Numbered from the stretch's first letter, positions 12,301 through 14,313 are shown. The stretch: DNA of 14,313 nt from Thermodesulfobacteriota bacterium (GCA_034189385.1 JAXHVD010000020.1:69212-83524), one strand, 5' to 3'. Numbers and translations: made by a program. Notes: generated by a model from the sequence alone, not told the origin.

Positions 12301-13516
12301 CTTGACCGTAGAATGCCAGCGACGTGACGCCGCTGCTGGTCTCGTCGGTCTCGAACTCGATGTAAGCGCTCTGGATCGTCACACCTTGGGGCACCGCCAC
12401 GTTTTGGAAACGCATGCCCACAAGCTGGTCGACCCCACTGCTATCGTCATGGATCAGCTCCAGATCGCTGCTGGTCAGAGACTCCATGACGCCGCCGCTC
12501 CGTTCCTCTGCGTCGTCGGAGCTCTGGGCCACTCGCGACTGGACCGTCGTGCAGGACCAACTTGACCCCATGTCGTAGTCTAAGGTAAATATTTCGGACG
12601 TTGTGTCATCGCCCATAGTCATATCGGTGCCGTATTCATCGAGGGTGGGTGAGTAGGTGGTGACGGTTATTTCGTCATTTGCGGGAGAGAATTCCATGAT
12701 ACGAAGCCAGCCGTTGCCGCCATTGGGCTCGTCCTGGTAATCGGCAAGCAGAATGTACACTGTATTCCCATCGTACTCTTCCACCCGCATAGCTTCTCCG
12801 TGCATATGCCCGCACAGCATAAGGAAGAGGTTCGGGTTGCCTTTCAAGGCATCGTATGTTTGTTGCCCTCGGCCGCCAAAGGTTCCATCCGTATCTAGTA
12901 TATAGTGAGATACTACAATCCCCCTTCGATCACTAAACTCACTCAGCCTTGCATCAGCCCAGGCGAGTTCGTCATCAGTAGGATCCTTTGCGAGATTAAT
13001 GACGATGAAATCCATGCCGCTGGTGCTGAAAAGGGTGTAGTTGTTGTCATTGAAACCGGAGGGGTATCCGTCGCCGTAGTAGCTTCTGCAGTCCGTGGGG
13101 TATGTGTCGCAGAATCGAGAGACGCCGAAGTACGCATTGTAGTTTGTGGTCGGCTCATCGTGATTGCCGGGAACCACGCCATAGGGAATGCCATTCGGCA
13201 GACCTGTCTCTACAGGGTCTTCCAAGAGGCTCATGGCGGCGTCGGCATTGTCCCATTGGTCCGTGCTACTTGCCGTATCGACAATGTCTCCTTCATGGGC
13301 AACATAGACGATGTTAAGAGCGTCCTTGTTGTCCACGATCCATTGCGTCTGGGCCGCAAAGGTGGCCGGATAGCTCGCTGAATATTTCTGGGTATCCGGC
13401 AAGACGACAATCGTGAAATCCTCGGCCGACGCAGGATTCACCGTCCACACGCCCAGTGCGATCAGGACCAGGCCTGCAACAGCTAGTGTCTTGTAAGCGA
13501 GACTGATGTGTTTCAT
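1..13516 (-). CDS. Giant (>4505 aa, C-terminus outside window) secreted multidomain protein with three calcineurin-like metallophosphoesterase domains plus DNRLRE, lamin-tail, FN3, InlB B-repeat, ConA-like and Cys-rich modules
   Basis: ATG at 13516-13514 begins MKHISLAYKTLAVAGLVLIALGVWTVNPASA-EDFTIVVLPDTQKY. Translating this frame by hand gave no stop down to position 2 (...TLTANADTGSQFT). The ORF track lists no minus-strand ORF in this frame within 1-13516, as expected for one ORF running off the edge. Recognisable domains occur in this frame throughout. Confidence 0.96.
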   Translation of the reverse strand, partial: MKHISLAYKTLAVAGLVLIALGVWTVNPASAEDFTIVVLPDTQKYSASYPATFAAQTQWIVDNKDALNIVYVAHEGDIVDTASSTDQWDNADAAMSLLEDPVETGLPNGIPYGVVPGNHDEPTTNYNAYFGVSRFCDTYPTDCRSYYGDGYPSGFNDNNYTLFSTSGMDFIVINLAKDPTDDELAWADARLSEFSDRRGIVVSHYILDTDGTFGGRGQQTYDALKGNPNLFLMLCGHMHGEAMRVEEYDGNTVYILLADYQDEPNGGNGWLRIMEFSPANDEITVTTYSPTLDEYGTDMTMGDDTTSEIFTLDYDMGSSWSCTTVQSRVAQSSDDAEERSGGVMESLTSSDLELIHDDSSGVDQLVGMRFQNVAVPQGVTIQSAYIEFETDETSSGVTSLAFYGQAADDPPTFAATSENISSRSKTSASVAWAPGAWDAPDVKHQTKDLSMIVQEIVDRGGWASGNAMVFIVEGSGRRVAESYDGEEENAPLLVIEYCEGTPPPAPTTVTFQQGVDGYSGTVDTYLRSASADADNSGATTLVVDLDEERHILLRFNSILGTDADKIPPGSTIQSASLEINVTNSSDAGALLHRMLQSWNDTDTWNTWGGGVQADGTEAEVAAESSSVGSATGTHTIDVTADLQAWSNDPTGNFGWAWLPPTVDDSWQFDSAEGGTPPKLTVAYTSTGTEALWTAYNDCVYDSTKLEAATDPNGQLVHYIAPNVTTFSTGTDSPGPASGELLDFNTGAGTGITATLTQSGGVVWQPDISSSWTGGYDTAVGTEARDTFGGIADMTGVIYYGSSGWYVDLEFTELDPAKTYTFATSASRARKNTDGSGTGYDDRNTMYTISGADDAINTSTPGVTVISNESVWFNTGNNHDEGYVARWTGIEPGADGSFMVRAEAHDVPTEYKGYSFDVFMLQEVGESTEENLTIDSVGNGSVIKDPDQAEYNPGDVVELTAVPDTGWQFIGWSGDLTGTTNPETVTVTAGMAITANFAPENWTAYVDLRAEAGDSNDPNVLAIVPTGPDTQPIDPAVDWVLKDFDTGADLPATMAVDMEVRYPTTNGADSAAGTDADLIFGGIVDGVGGYEIDTATPGDYVTLTFESLNPAKEYSVAVTYNRDDTGYTDRATMFTIADADDYTNASSTDPPPGVVVNGPDSVSFCTGNNTANGYVAIWTGVTAADGSFSVTAVQDTSAAQGWTGSKGYAMTSIMLQEADVPLPPPSTGDVIISGVQSWNHPGADNPDGEFIELFNTTDQTISLENMEIISRVDNNSDGLLDIDWQLSADLTGKSIAPNSFFLIAEPNVDAENATHDIGTDMDIATGEGGFEERAISIELIIDGVHMDYVLYGRHDGSTPAGELPPGDRAFDGSSWPRTEVVRNTQVSTSFLEGLIRRESATDLYAGYDVEGYYTDEDSLGDGFPNGVWTSPHDEENDAYQARNSTSAAVLPPGPSPCYTLTLGHTGQGTDPVAAPANSSGCPAGEYLEGESIDLSNAVPDAGWEIDSWTGTDDDASTADTNTLTMPASAHSADVNYVELPPPPSPGDVIISGFQAWNSPSGQNPGEFVELFNTTDQTISLENMELISRVDPDGSGAAGVGIDWQLSADLTGKSIAPNSFFLIAESGVAAPSGTHDIETDMDLATGEGGSAERAIALELVIDGVHMDYVLYGRHDGSDGDNPDGDISFDGNSWPRTEVVRNTRGTDSFQEGLARRESAEDLYAGYDVEGYYTDEDTLGDGYPSGVWSSPHSETFGTYEARNSTSAAVLLPLAAPGDVIISGFQAWNSPSGQNPGEFVELFNTTDQTISLENMELISRVDPDGSGAAGVGIDWQLSADLTGKSIAPNSFFLIAESGVAAPSGTHDIETDMDLATGEGGSAERAIALELVIDGVHMDYVLYGRHDGSDGDNPDGDISFDGNSWPRTEVVRNTRGTDSFQEGLARRESAEDLYAGYDVEGYYTDEDTLGDGYPSGVWSSPHSETFGTYEARNSTSPAVLPPGPSPCYALTLGHTGNGTDPVAAPANSAGCSAGEYVEGEVVNLSGAVPDAGWEIDSWTGTDDDGSTADTNTVSMPASAHSVDVNYALITPPENWTAYNDLDPRVPSGSTDNAPNVTEYDYTATDALLKDFATGADLPVTMSGSYNNRDPHANGDNADVGDAADVFGSSSSRIVDMRAMSELDATDWYNTVTFNNLNPEKEYIITLSANRNNYPDARYTRVTIEGADTFTNASSAGVVVNSEASVSFSTGDNSAGYVAKWTGVTVADGSLSIKSEWDSSLGSGADNTKGYAMSVFRLEEVDAPPPTIPDPPTALTATAASSSQIDLAWTDNSDNEMGFEVWSSDSAGIPVALLDTVGANTTVYPDTGLLAETEYCYLVRAVNGAGESAYTNHDCDTTPAPSAPPAGVAETFDTGFTLGQTVGTHSDWFDNGGGPVVTDVNGCGGSPGLAPAGNIFIWTADDHEFDWNDPDFAGIRLGMDFQTDGNGSNDYFDDDRLGWMITESEVGSTNIFGVQLDDVNGGIVTYWRDSSDTRIQDPIVDLTGLLSANTWYRFRAEITKLTDTSAKIDVSLVELDDNCNPVGTPITGTVEDTSQWDDGTGAPGDRAPGTKYFTGPIWPAFKNYSDVGGAADNAYVEILKRFAFVVVTDPHTSDGYAAVRDNLQQIKSWIDSPTEDMPAPEFMVITGDFPDVWQDGDTDPNETDYIIEDVLGEDFLWYPVIGNHEISDDINNFYYIRDTMVPSLPHIVDYGPIGSTNTTYSWDYGNAHFVAINAYWDGTTNPDADHNRDGDIVPELLAWVDADLSVGEENPDRPEFAFVHEPAFPDHRHVGDSLDKYPTNRDAFVTTLNDHDVQTLFCGHTHYYEHDVAPEFDLGDLHQVTNGYLRTYDNPTITYVLVHGSSVTYKVYLRPNSSSSFALHEEWTIGAGVPTDPPDAPTDLTATATSSSQIDLIWVDNADNESGFEIEWSDDSGATFSPLTTVSSDTEEYSHNGLIPLEEYCYRVRATNSAGESDYTNEACDTTLPGPATVTFQEGADGYAGTVDTHIMEAEADTAHGDLDSVEWDNDDPSGTGQYKYALLRFDDLFGSGPGQIPVGATIQSATLDYVVYNTGDPADVHEVTVDWAEDVTYDAFGGEAGVQADEYGASLGSASGSSTGVQSVDVTASLAAWSSDPSANRGWIFLPTDTDGVDFRSSEYTTSAQRPILTVEYNAPCTQNSDCDDGNPCNGLETCDVGTGICQAGTPVDCPPGTTCNPDNGECEAGPITLMFQEGEGGYSGTYDTFLQEDAPDNVNGSLDEWEWDDDDPNDSNNRNFGLIRFDNIFGSGTDQIPQGAEIVSAIFTYTVFDEGVTGDVREMLTDWDESDNLTSLCDGSCDEGIEYGTTSIGSATAPSAGTYDVDVTSSVQSWAFDPDSNKGWIVVPPSPPGESGGGAQVRSSEYTDTPSQRPKLTVVYEWADSPYPPTVVSPTDGEEGIPLAPHLMVNVTDPDDDTMDVTFFGREVGAGTAENFTIIVLPDTQYYSQSYPQTFVDQTDWIVDNREALNIVQVIHVGDVVQNAGEVPEWQNADAAMSLLEDPVTTLLVDGIPYGISPGNHDQNMTNFNNYFGESRFTGRAYYGGHYSGSGNENSFSLFSGGGMDFIVIYLNWESSSNADILDWADGLLTTYSHRRAIVASHYLMGVGEPGSFSSQGQAIYNALKDHSNLFLMVSGHIHGEGIRMDDIDPPDPDHKIHTILADYQDLPNGGNGWLRIMGFSPEVDEITVTTYSPTLGQYGTDTAMGDDTTSAQFSLDYDMEGSGPFTELGTVYDVPSGSDASLPWPGPDLTSRTTYEWYVDVTDGTSTTTGQVWSFITACSSDGECDDNNLCTTDTCNSGTGVCENVPIDCPEGEMCDPDSGACVPEPTAVTFQEGVNAYSGTHDTFLQEDAPANVNGSLDEWEWDDDDPNGSNNRNYGLIRFDDIFGSGADQIPEGSQIVSAILTYTVFDEGVTGDVREMLTDWDESDNLTSVCDGSCDEGIEYGTLSIGSAPASSAGTYDVDVTSSVQAWAIDPPSNMGWIIVPPSPPGDAGGGAQVRSSEYASTALRPKLTVDHVLPIEVPEAPTGLSATALSGTEVGLVWADNSNNETSFEVERSTDGGPFSLLAVVRANSESYADTELNPETDYCYRVRSNNIIGASAYTDPACATTPATAFEDDFEAYGAGADPDDWLDTGADNSLTEDDLFQVFDLSGNKVFGTTSTLTNIHSHYVGAGSDGFSDYEYTGRMMINASSGGTGVTFFSQYPSSDTYYRLRRYPGSDFHLSWHGTTITGDTSTGVVPVAGTWYRFRIQVEVTATQTDIRAMVWVDGSDEPDWQAQGYDDSATRLTSGTIGVWSMGPGSSYWDDLKVEMLGPPPSQYDLTVNTAGAGSGTVTLAPPGGTYDDGTVVTLTANADPGSDFTGWSDDLTGDVNPTTITMDTNKTVTATFEPVPTYDLTVNTAGLGSGTVTLDPPGGTYSVDTVVTLTANADTGSQFT
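380..967 (-). other. ConA-like (DUF1080/LamG-type) beta-sandwich domain
   Basis: FEDDFE...W...FSDYEYTGRM...GVTF..YYRL...TWYRFRIQV..IRAMVW..EP.W..D....LTSGTIGVW...YWDDLKV. Confidence 0.65.
980..1246 (-). other. Fibronectin type III domain
   Basis: PEAPTGLSATALSGTEVGLVWADNSNNETSFEVERS...YADTELNPETDYCYRVRSNN..GASAYT. Confidence 0.9.
1265..1831 (-). other. DNRLRE (CBM96-like) domain 4, close paralog of domain 3
   Basis: Long identical DNA tracts with 3176-3745 at offset 1914 (e.g. ctccggtaacaccttcgtcaaatacggtataagtga at 1567 and 3481). Shared SLDEWEWDDDDPN and CDGSCDEGIEYG. Confidence 0.85.
1844..1978 (-). repeat. 8-Cys module (slime-mold-repeat-like), copy 2
   Basis: CSSDGECDDNNLCTTDTCNSGTGVCENVPIDCPEGEMCDPDSGAC. 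Confidence 0.75.
1982..3160 (-). other. FN3/Ig-like domain interrupted by metallophosphoesterase C (halves about 3038-3160 and 1982-2140)
   Basis: N-half PTVVSPTDG...HLMVNVTDPDDDTMDVTFFGR. C-half FTELGTV..ASLPW..LTSRTTYEWYVDVTDG..TTGQVWSFIT. Confidence 0.6.
2156..3016 (-). other. Metallophosphoesterase domain C ('DTQ' subtype, paralog of A)
   Basis: VLPDTQ, HVGDVVQ, PGNHD, VASHY, SGHIH, ADYQDLPNGGNGWLRIM. Collinear with domain A. Confidence 0.92.
3176..3745 (-). other. DNRLRE (CBM96-like) domain 3
   Basis: FQEGEGGYSGTYDTFL...GLIRFDNIFG..IPQGAEIVSA...VDVTSSVQSW..NKGWIV..RSSE..RPKLTVVY. Confidence 0.8.
3758..3898 (-). repeat. 8-Cys module (Dictyostelium/myxobacterial CDDGNxC-type repeat), copy 1
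   Basis: CTQNSDCDDGNPCNGLETCDVGTGICQAGTPVDCPPGTTCNPDNGEC. Confidence 0.75.
3908..4453 (-). other. DNRLRE (CBM96-like) domain 2
   Basis: TVTFQEGADGYAGTVDTHI...ALLRFDDLFG..IPVGATIQSATL...VDVT..W..NRGWIF..FRSSE..RPILTVEY. Confidence 0.8.
4469..4738 (-). other. Fibronectin type III domain
   Basis: PDAPTDLTATATSSSQIDLIWVDNADNESGFEIE...YSHNGLIPLEEYCYRVRATNSAGESDYTN. Confidence 0.9.
4763..5614 (-). other. Metallophosphoesterase domain B (canonical DxH subtype)
   Basis: FVVVTDPH, ITGDFPD, VIGNHE, YSWDYGNAHFV, AFVHEP, FCGHTHYY. Confidence 0.92.
5624..6310 (-). other. Probable ConA-like/jelly-roll domain
   Basis: Begins ETFD..F..G..W, contains NTWYRFRAEI and ends ADNAYVE. This (E/D)xF...WYRF...DN pattern is typical of lectin/glucanase-fold modules and is shared with the 380-967 domain. 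Confidence 0.5.
6344..6613 (-). other. Fibronectin type III domain
   Basis: PDPPTALTATAASSSQIDLAWTDNSDNEMGFEV...YPDTGLLAETEYCYLVRAVNGAGESAYTN. Confidence 0.9.
6638..7252 (-). other. Unassigned 'WTAYND' domain X, copy 3
   Basis: WTAYND...LKDFATGADLP...VFG..IVDM...FNNLNPEKEY...TIEGAD..TNAS..SVSFSTGDN..GYVAKWTGV..DGSL...KGYAM..FRLEE. Confidence 0.75.
7277..7516 (-). repeat. Cys-pair variant InlB-B-like repeat, copy 2
   Basis: CYALTLGHTGNGTDPVAAPANSAGCSAGEYVEGEVVNLSGAVPDAGWEIDSWTGT...NTVSMPASAHSVDVNY. Confidence 0.7.
7547..8887. repeat. Near-perfect intragenic direct repeat: 7547-8203 and 8231-8887 (657 bp, period 684 bp), encoding LTD copies 3 and 2
   Basis: Line-by-line comparison shows one mismatch (C8105/G8789, synonymous Thr in the coding frame). 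The duplicated shadow ORFs in the track are offset by exactly 684. Confidence 0.95.
8912..9151 (-). repeat. Cys-pair variant InlB-B-like repeat, copy 1
   Basis: CYTLTLGHTGQGTDPVAAPANSSGCPAGEYLEGESIDLSNAVPDAGWEIDSWTGT...NTLTMPASAHSADVNY. Confidence 0.7.
9182..9838 (-). other. Extended lamin-tail domain (LTD), copy 1
   Basis: GDVIISGV...DGEFIELFNTTDQTISLENM...SIAPNSFFLIA...DYVLYG is the LTD signature, followed by a ~90 aa conserved extension. Confidence 0.8.
9869..10516 (-). other. Unassigned 'WTAYND' domain X, copy 2
   Basis: WTAYVD...LKDFDTGADLP...IFGGIVD...FESLNPAKEY...TIADAD..TNAS..SVSFCTGNN..GYVAIWTGV..DGSF...KGYAM..MLQE. Confidence 0.75.
10529..10729 (-). repeat. Divergent InlB B-repeat (Flg_new_2-like) domain
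   Basis: LTIDSVGNGSV..P....Y.PGDVVELTAVPDTGWQFIGWSGDLTGTTNP.TVTV....ITANF. Confidence 0.85.
10751..11443 (-). other. Unassigned 'WTAYND' domain X, copy 1
   Basis: WTAYND...LLDFNTG...FGGIADM...FTELDPAKTY...TISGAD..NTS..SVWFNTGNN..GYVARWTGI..DGSF...KGY..FMLQE. Homologous to copies 2 and 3. Confidence 0.75.
11468..11998 (-). other. DNRLRE (CBM96-like) domain 1
   Basis: TVTFQQGVDGYSGTVDTYL...LLRF...IPPGSTIQSASL...W..TW...IDVT..LQAW..NFGW...FDSAE..PKLTVAY. Confidence 0.8.
12023..12553 (-). other. 'SSDDAEE' beta-sandwich accessory domain (DNRLRE-related fold suspected)
   Basis: SSDDAEE...SSDLEL...VGMRFQNVAVPQGVTIQSAYIEF...DLSMIVQEIVDRGGWASGNAM...AESYDG..APLLVIEY. Shares the RF..(I/V)PxGxTIxSA and terminal PxLx(V/I)xY pattern with the DNRLRE copies. 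Confidence 0.6.
12569..13423 (-). other. Metallophosphoesterase domain A (calcineurin-like, 'DTQ' subtype)
   Basis: Five MPP motifs in order: VLPDTQ, HEGDIVD, PGNHD, VVSHY, LCGHMH. C-terminal ADYQ..NGGNGWLRIMEFSP..TYSP. Confidence 0.92.
13424..13516 (-). other. Sec/SPI signal peptide (about 31 aa)
   Basis: Basic N-region (MKH..YK), hydrophobic core (LAVAGLVLIALGVWTV) and P-A-S-A cleavage motif before EDFT. No lipobox and no twin-Arg motif. Confidence 0.85.
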
Positions 13517-13519
13517 TTT

Positions 13520-13528
13520 CTCCTCCCC
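13520..13528 (-). promoter_or_regulatory. Shine-Dalgarno site
   Basis: Minus strand reads GGGGAGGAG-AAA-ATG, with GGAGG 5 nt from the start codon. Confidence 0.9.
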
Positions 13529-13843
13529 TGGAGTTGCGTTCAAAAGCTTAAGAATGTTTTAGATCACCGGATACACGCGGGCATGGGCACATTGTCATAT
13601 ATGCCCTATGGCGAATCGCGGTGGGAATGAGGTAGCGGTTGTGTTTTCGTAATGAAGTCAAGAACCCCCATGACGTCCAGTCAGACTGACTGTACATATT
13701 GTCGTCGATCCACAACAGGCCAGGCGTACAGGAGCCCATCTCCCCGGCCTGCTGAAGGAGGCACCGGTGTTTGTGCCCATTCCTTATCTGGTTGGTTCTA
13801 CTGAAGAATCAAATGGAAGATTGCCTAAAATGTGACTTACATT

Positions 13844-13860
13844 CGCGAGAATCGTGCCAA
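13844..13860 (-). promoter_or_regulatory. Sigma-54 (RpoN) -24/-12 promoter
   Basis: Minus strand TTGGCACGATTCTCGCG: perfect TGGCACG and exact GG-N10-GC spacing, oriented toward the giant gene. Predicted TSS about 13833. Confidence 0.75.
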
Positions 13861-13875
13861 TACGTCCAGATGCCA

Positions 13876-13902
13876 TTTTTTGTGTTATATTTCAAATAGT
13901 TG
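13876..13902. promoter_or_regulatory. Candidate IHF binding site
   Basis: TTTCAAATAGTTG (13890-13902) has one mismatch to WATCAANNNNTTR and is preceded by a T-rich tract. It lies between the sigma-54 site and the upstream palindromes. Confidence 0.5.
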
Positions 13903-13938
13903 GGCCAATTGGATGGGAAGGGCTCGCACATCTTTGTG

Positions 13939-13999
13939 TGTAAGAAGATTCTAGATGTAGGGAACATGTTTCCCATTTAGATGGAAAAAAGTTCTACAT
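13939..13999. promoter_or_regulatory. Candidate upstream activator sites for a sigma-54 enhancer-binding protein
   Basis: Related imperfect palindromes TAGGGAACATGTTTCCCAT (13958-13976) and ATGGAAAAAAGTTCTACAT (13981-13999), plus a weaker TGTAAGAAGATTCTAGA (13939-13955). They lie about 105-165 bp upstream of the predicted TSS. Confidence 0.45.
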
Positions 14000-14045
14000 G
14001 CGCTTGTTAAAAAAGGGAAAATGGGGAAATCATATGCCGATTTGC

Positions 14046-14064
14046 GTAAGCGTCTAGTGAACCG
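14046..14064. repeat. IS66 right terminal inverted repeat (partner not in window)
   Basis: GTAAGCGTCTAGTGAACCG overlaps the tnpC TAG stop. Exact IR length cannot be determined without the left end. Confidence 0.75.
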
Positions 14065-14313
14065 CTCCTAGGGGGGCCTGGAGATACTGGCCGCGGTCGA
14101 GATACTGAGGCAGCAAGGATTTGAATTCGTCCTCATTGGTAGCAGTAGGCAGGTGGTCAAAGAGGAACCGAAAATAGAGATAAGGCTCAAGCCCATTGGC
14201 CTTGGCCGTTTCGATCAGGCTGTACAGACAGGCGCTGGCCTCGGCGCCACGGGGATGGCCGCTGAACAACCAGTTCTTTCTTCCCACCACAAAGGGCCTG
14301 ATGGCATTCTCGG
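14054..14313 (-). CDS. tnpC: IS66 family transposase, C-terminal part (5' end outside window)
   Basis: ENAIRPFVVGRKNWLFSGHPRGAEASACLYSLIETAKANGLEPYLY...LLP matches the IS66 DDE E..IR..GRKNWLF motif and the SLIETAK.NG..P C-terminal domain. The frame is open to the window edge, so the track's GTG start at 14290 is internal. Confidence 0.95.
   Translation of the reverse strand, partial: ENAIRPFVVGRKNWLFSGHPRGAEASACLYSLIETAKANGLEPYLYFRFLFDHLPTATNEDEFKSLLPQYLDRGQYLQAPLGAVH

Larger units (their letters stand above)
14046..14313 (-). mobile_element. Right end of an IS66-family insertion sequence
   Basis: TnpC C-terminus followed by the terminus GTAAGCGTCTAGTGAACCG (plus strand, from 14046). GTAAGC is the characteristic IS66 end. 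Confidence 0.9.

Noticed and set aside
1036..13194. Short minus-strand ORFs in the track
   Set aside because: All lie in one alternative frame overlapping the giant ORF and have low-information Thr/Arg/Pro/Met-rich translations.
803..13381. Numerous plus-strand ORFs (e.g. 2468-2911, 9938-10603, 10805-11308, 11867-12565, 12905-13381)
   Set aside because: They are antisense shadows of the giant gene. They have no recognisable motifs, and they repeat wherever the real domains repeat.
4763..13423. Purple acid phosphatase, or a specific gene symbol (cpdA, phoD, ushA), for the MPP domains
   Set aside because: The DxG/GDxxY PAP signature is absent and there is no 5'-nucleotidase C-terminal domain. 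Motifs support only a superfamily-level call.
1..13516. RTX/T1SS adhesin, Rhs/polymorphic toxin, or a pseudogene/multi-gene operon
   Set aside because: I saw no GGxGxD nonapeptide arrays and no YD repeats. An N-terminal Sec signal is present, and I found no stops or frameshifts in the frame.
13548..13739. 63-aa minus-strand ORF (and a ~40-codon ORF from ATG 13780) as leader peptides
   Set aside because: The purine-rich stretches abut the ATGs with no spacing, and the products have no recognisable features. I cannot support them without ribosome profiling.
13517..13833. c-di-GMP/cGAMP (GEMM) riboswitch or ops/JUMPstart element in the leader
   Set aside because: There is no GGCAAAC..GAAA..GACGCAAAGC core. 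The GGTAGCGG look-alike near 13631 is on the wrong strand and is not GGCGGTAG.
13927..13938. Small CACA-TCTT-TGTG inverted repeat
   Set aside because: The 4-bp arms are expected by chance.

Overview
Almost the whole window is one giant minus-strand gene that the ORF track missed because its stop codon lies beyond the left edge. It starts at ATG 13516 with a strong RBS. My hand translation found no in-frame stop through position 2, giving at least 4505 codons. The product is a Sec-signal-peptide, acidic, disulfide-rich modular exoprotein. N to C it reads: SP - metallophosphoesterase A - 'DDAEE' beta-sandwich - DNRLRE - X1 - InlB-B repeat - X2 - LTD - Cys-InlB - LTD - LTD - Cys-InlB - X3 - FN3 - ConA-like - metallophosphoesterase B - FN3 - DNRLRE - Cys8 - DNRLRE - [FN3/Ig split by metallophosphoesterase C] - Cys8 - DNRLRE - FN3 - ConA-like - InlB-B - InlB-B (truncated). 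X is a 205-230 aa 'WTAY(N/V)D' domain that I cannot assign to a family. Upstream lie a ~315 nt leader rich in hairpins, a sigma-54 -24/-12 promoter, a candidate IHF site and candidate enhancer palindromes. Beyond these is the right end of an IS66-family element (tnpC C-terminus plus terminal inverted repeat). All other listed ORFs appear to be shadow or off-frame ORFs. Domain names come from motif recognition by eye, not database searches, and domain boundaries are approximate.
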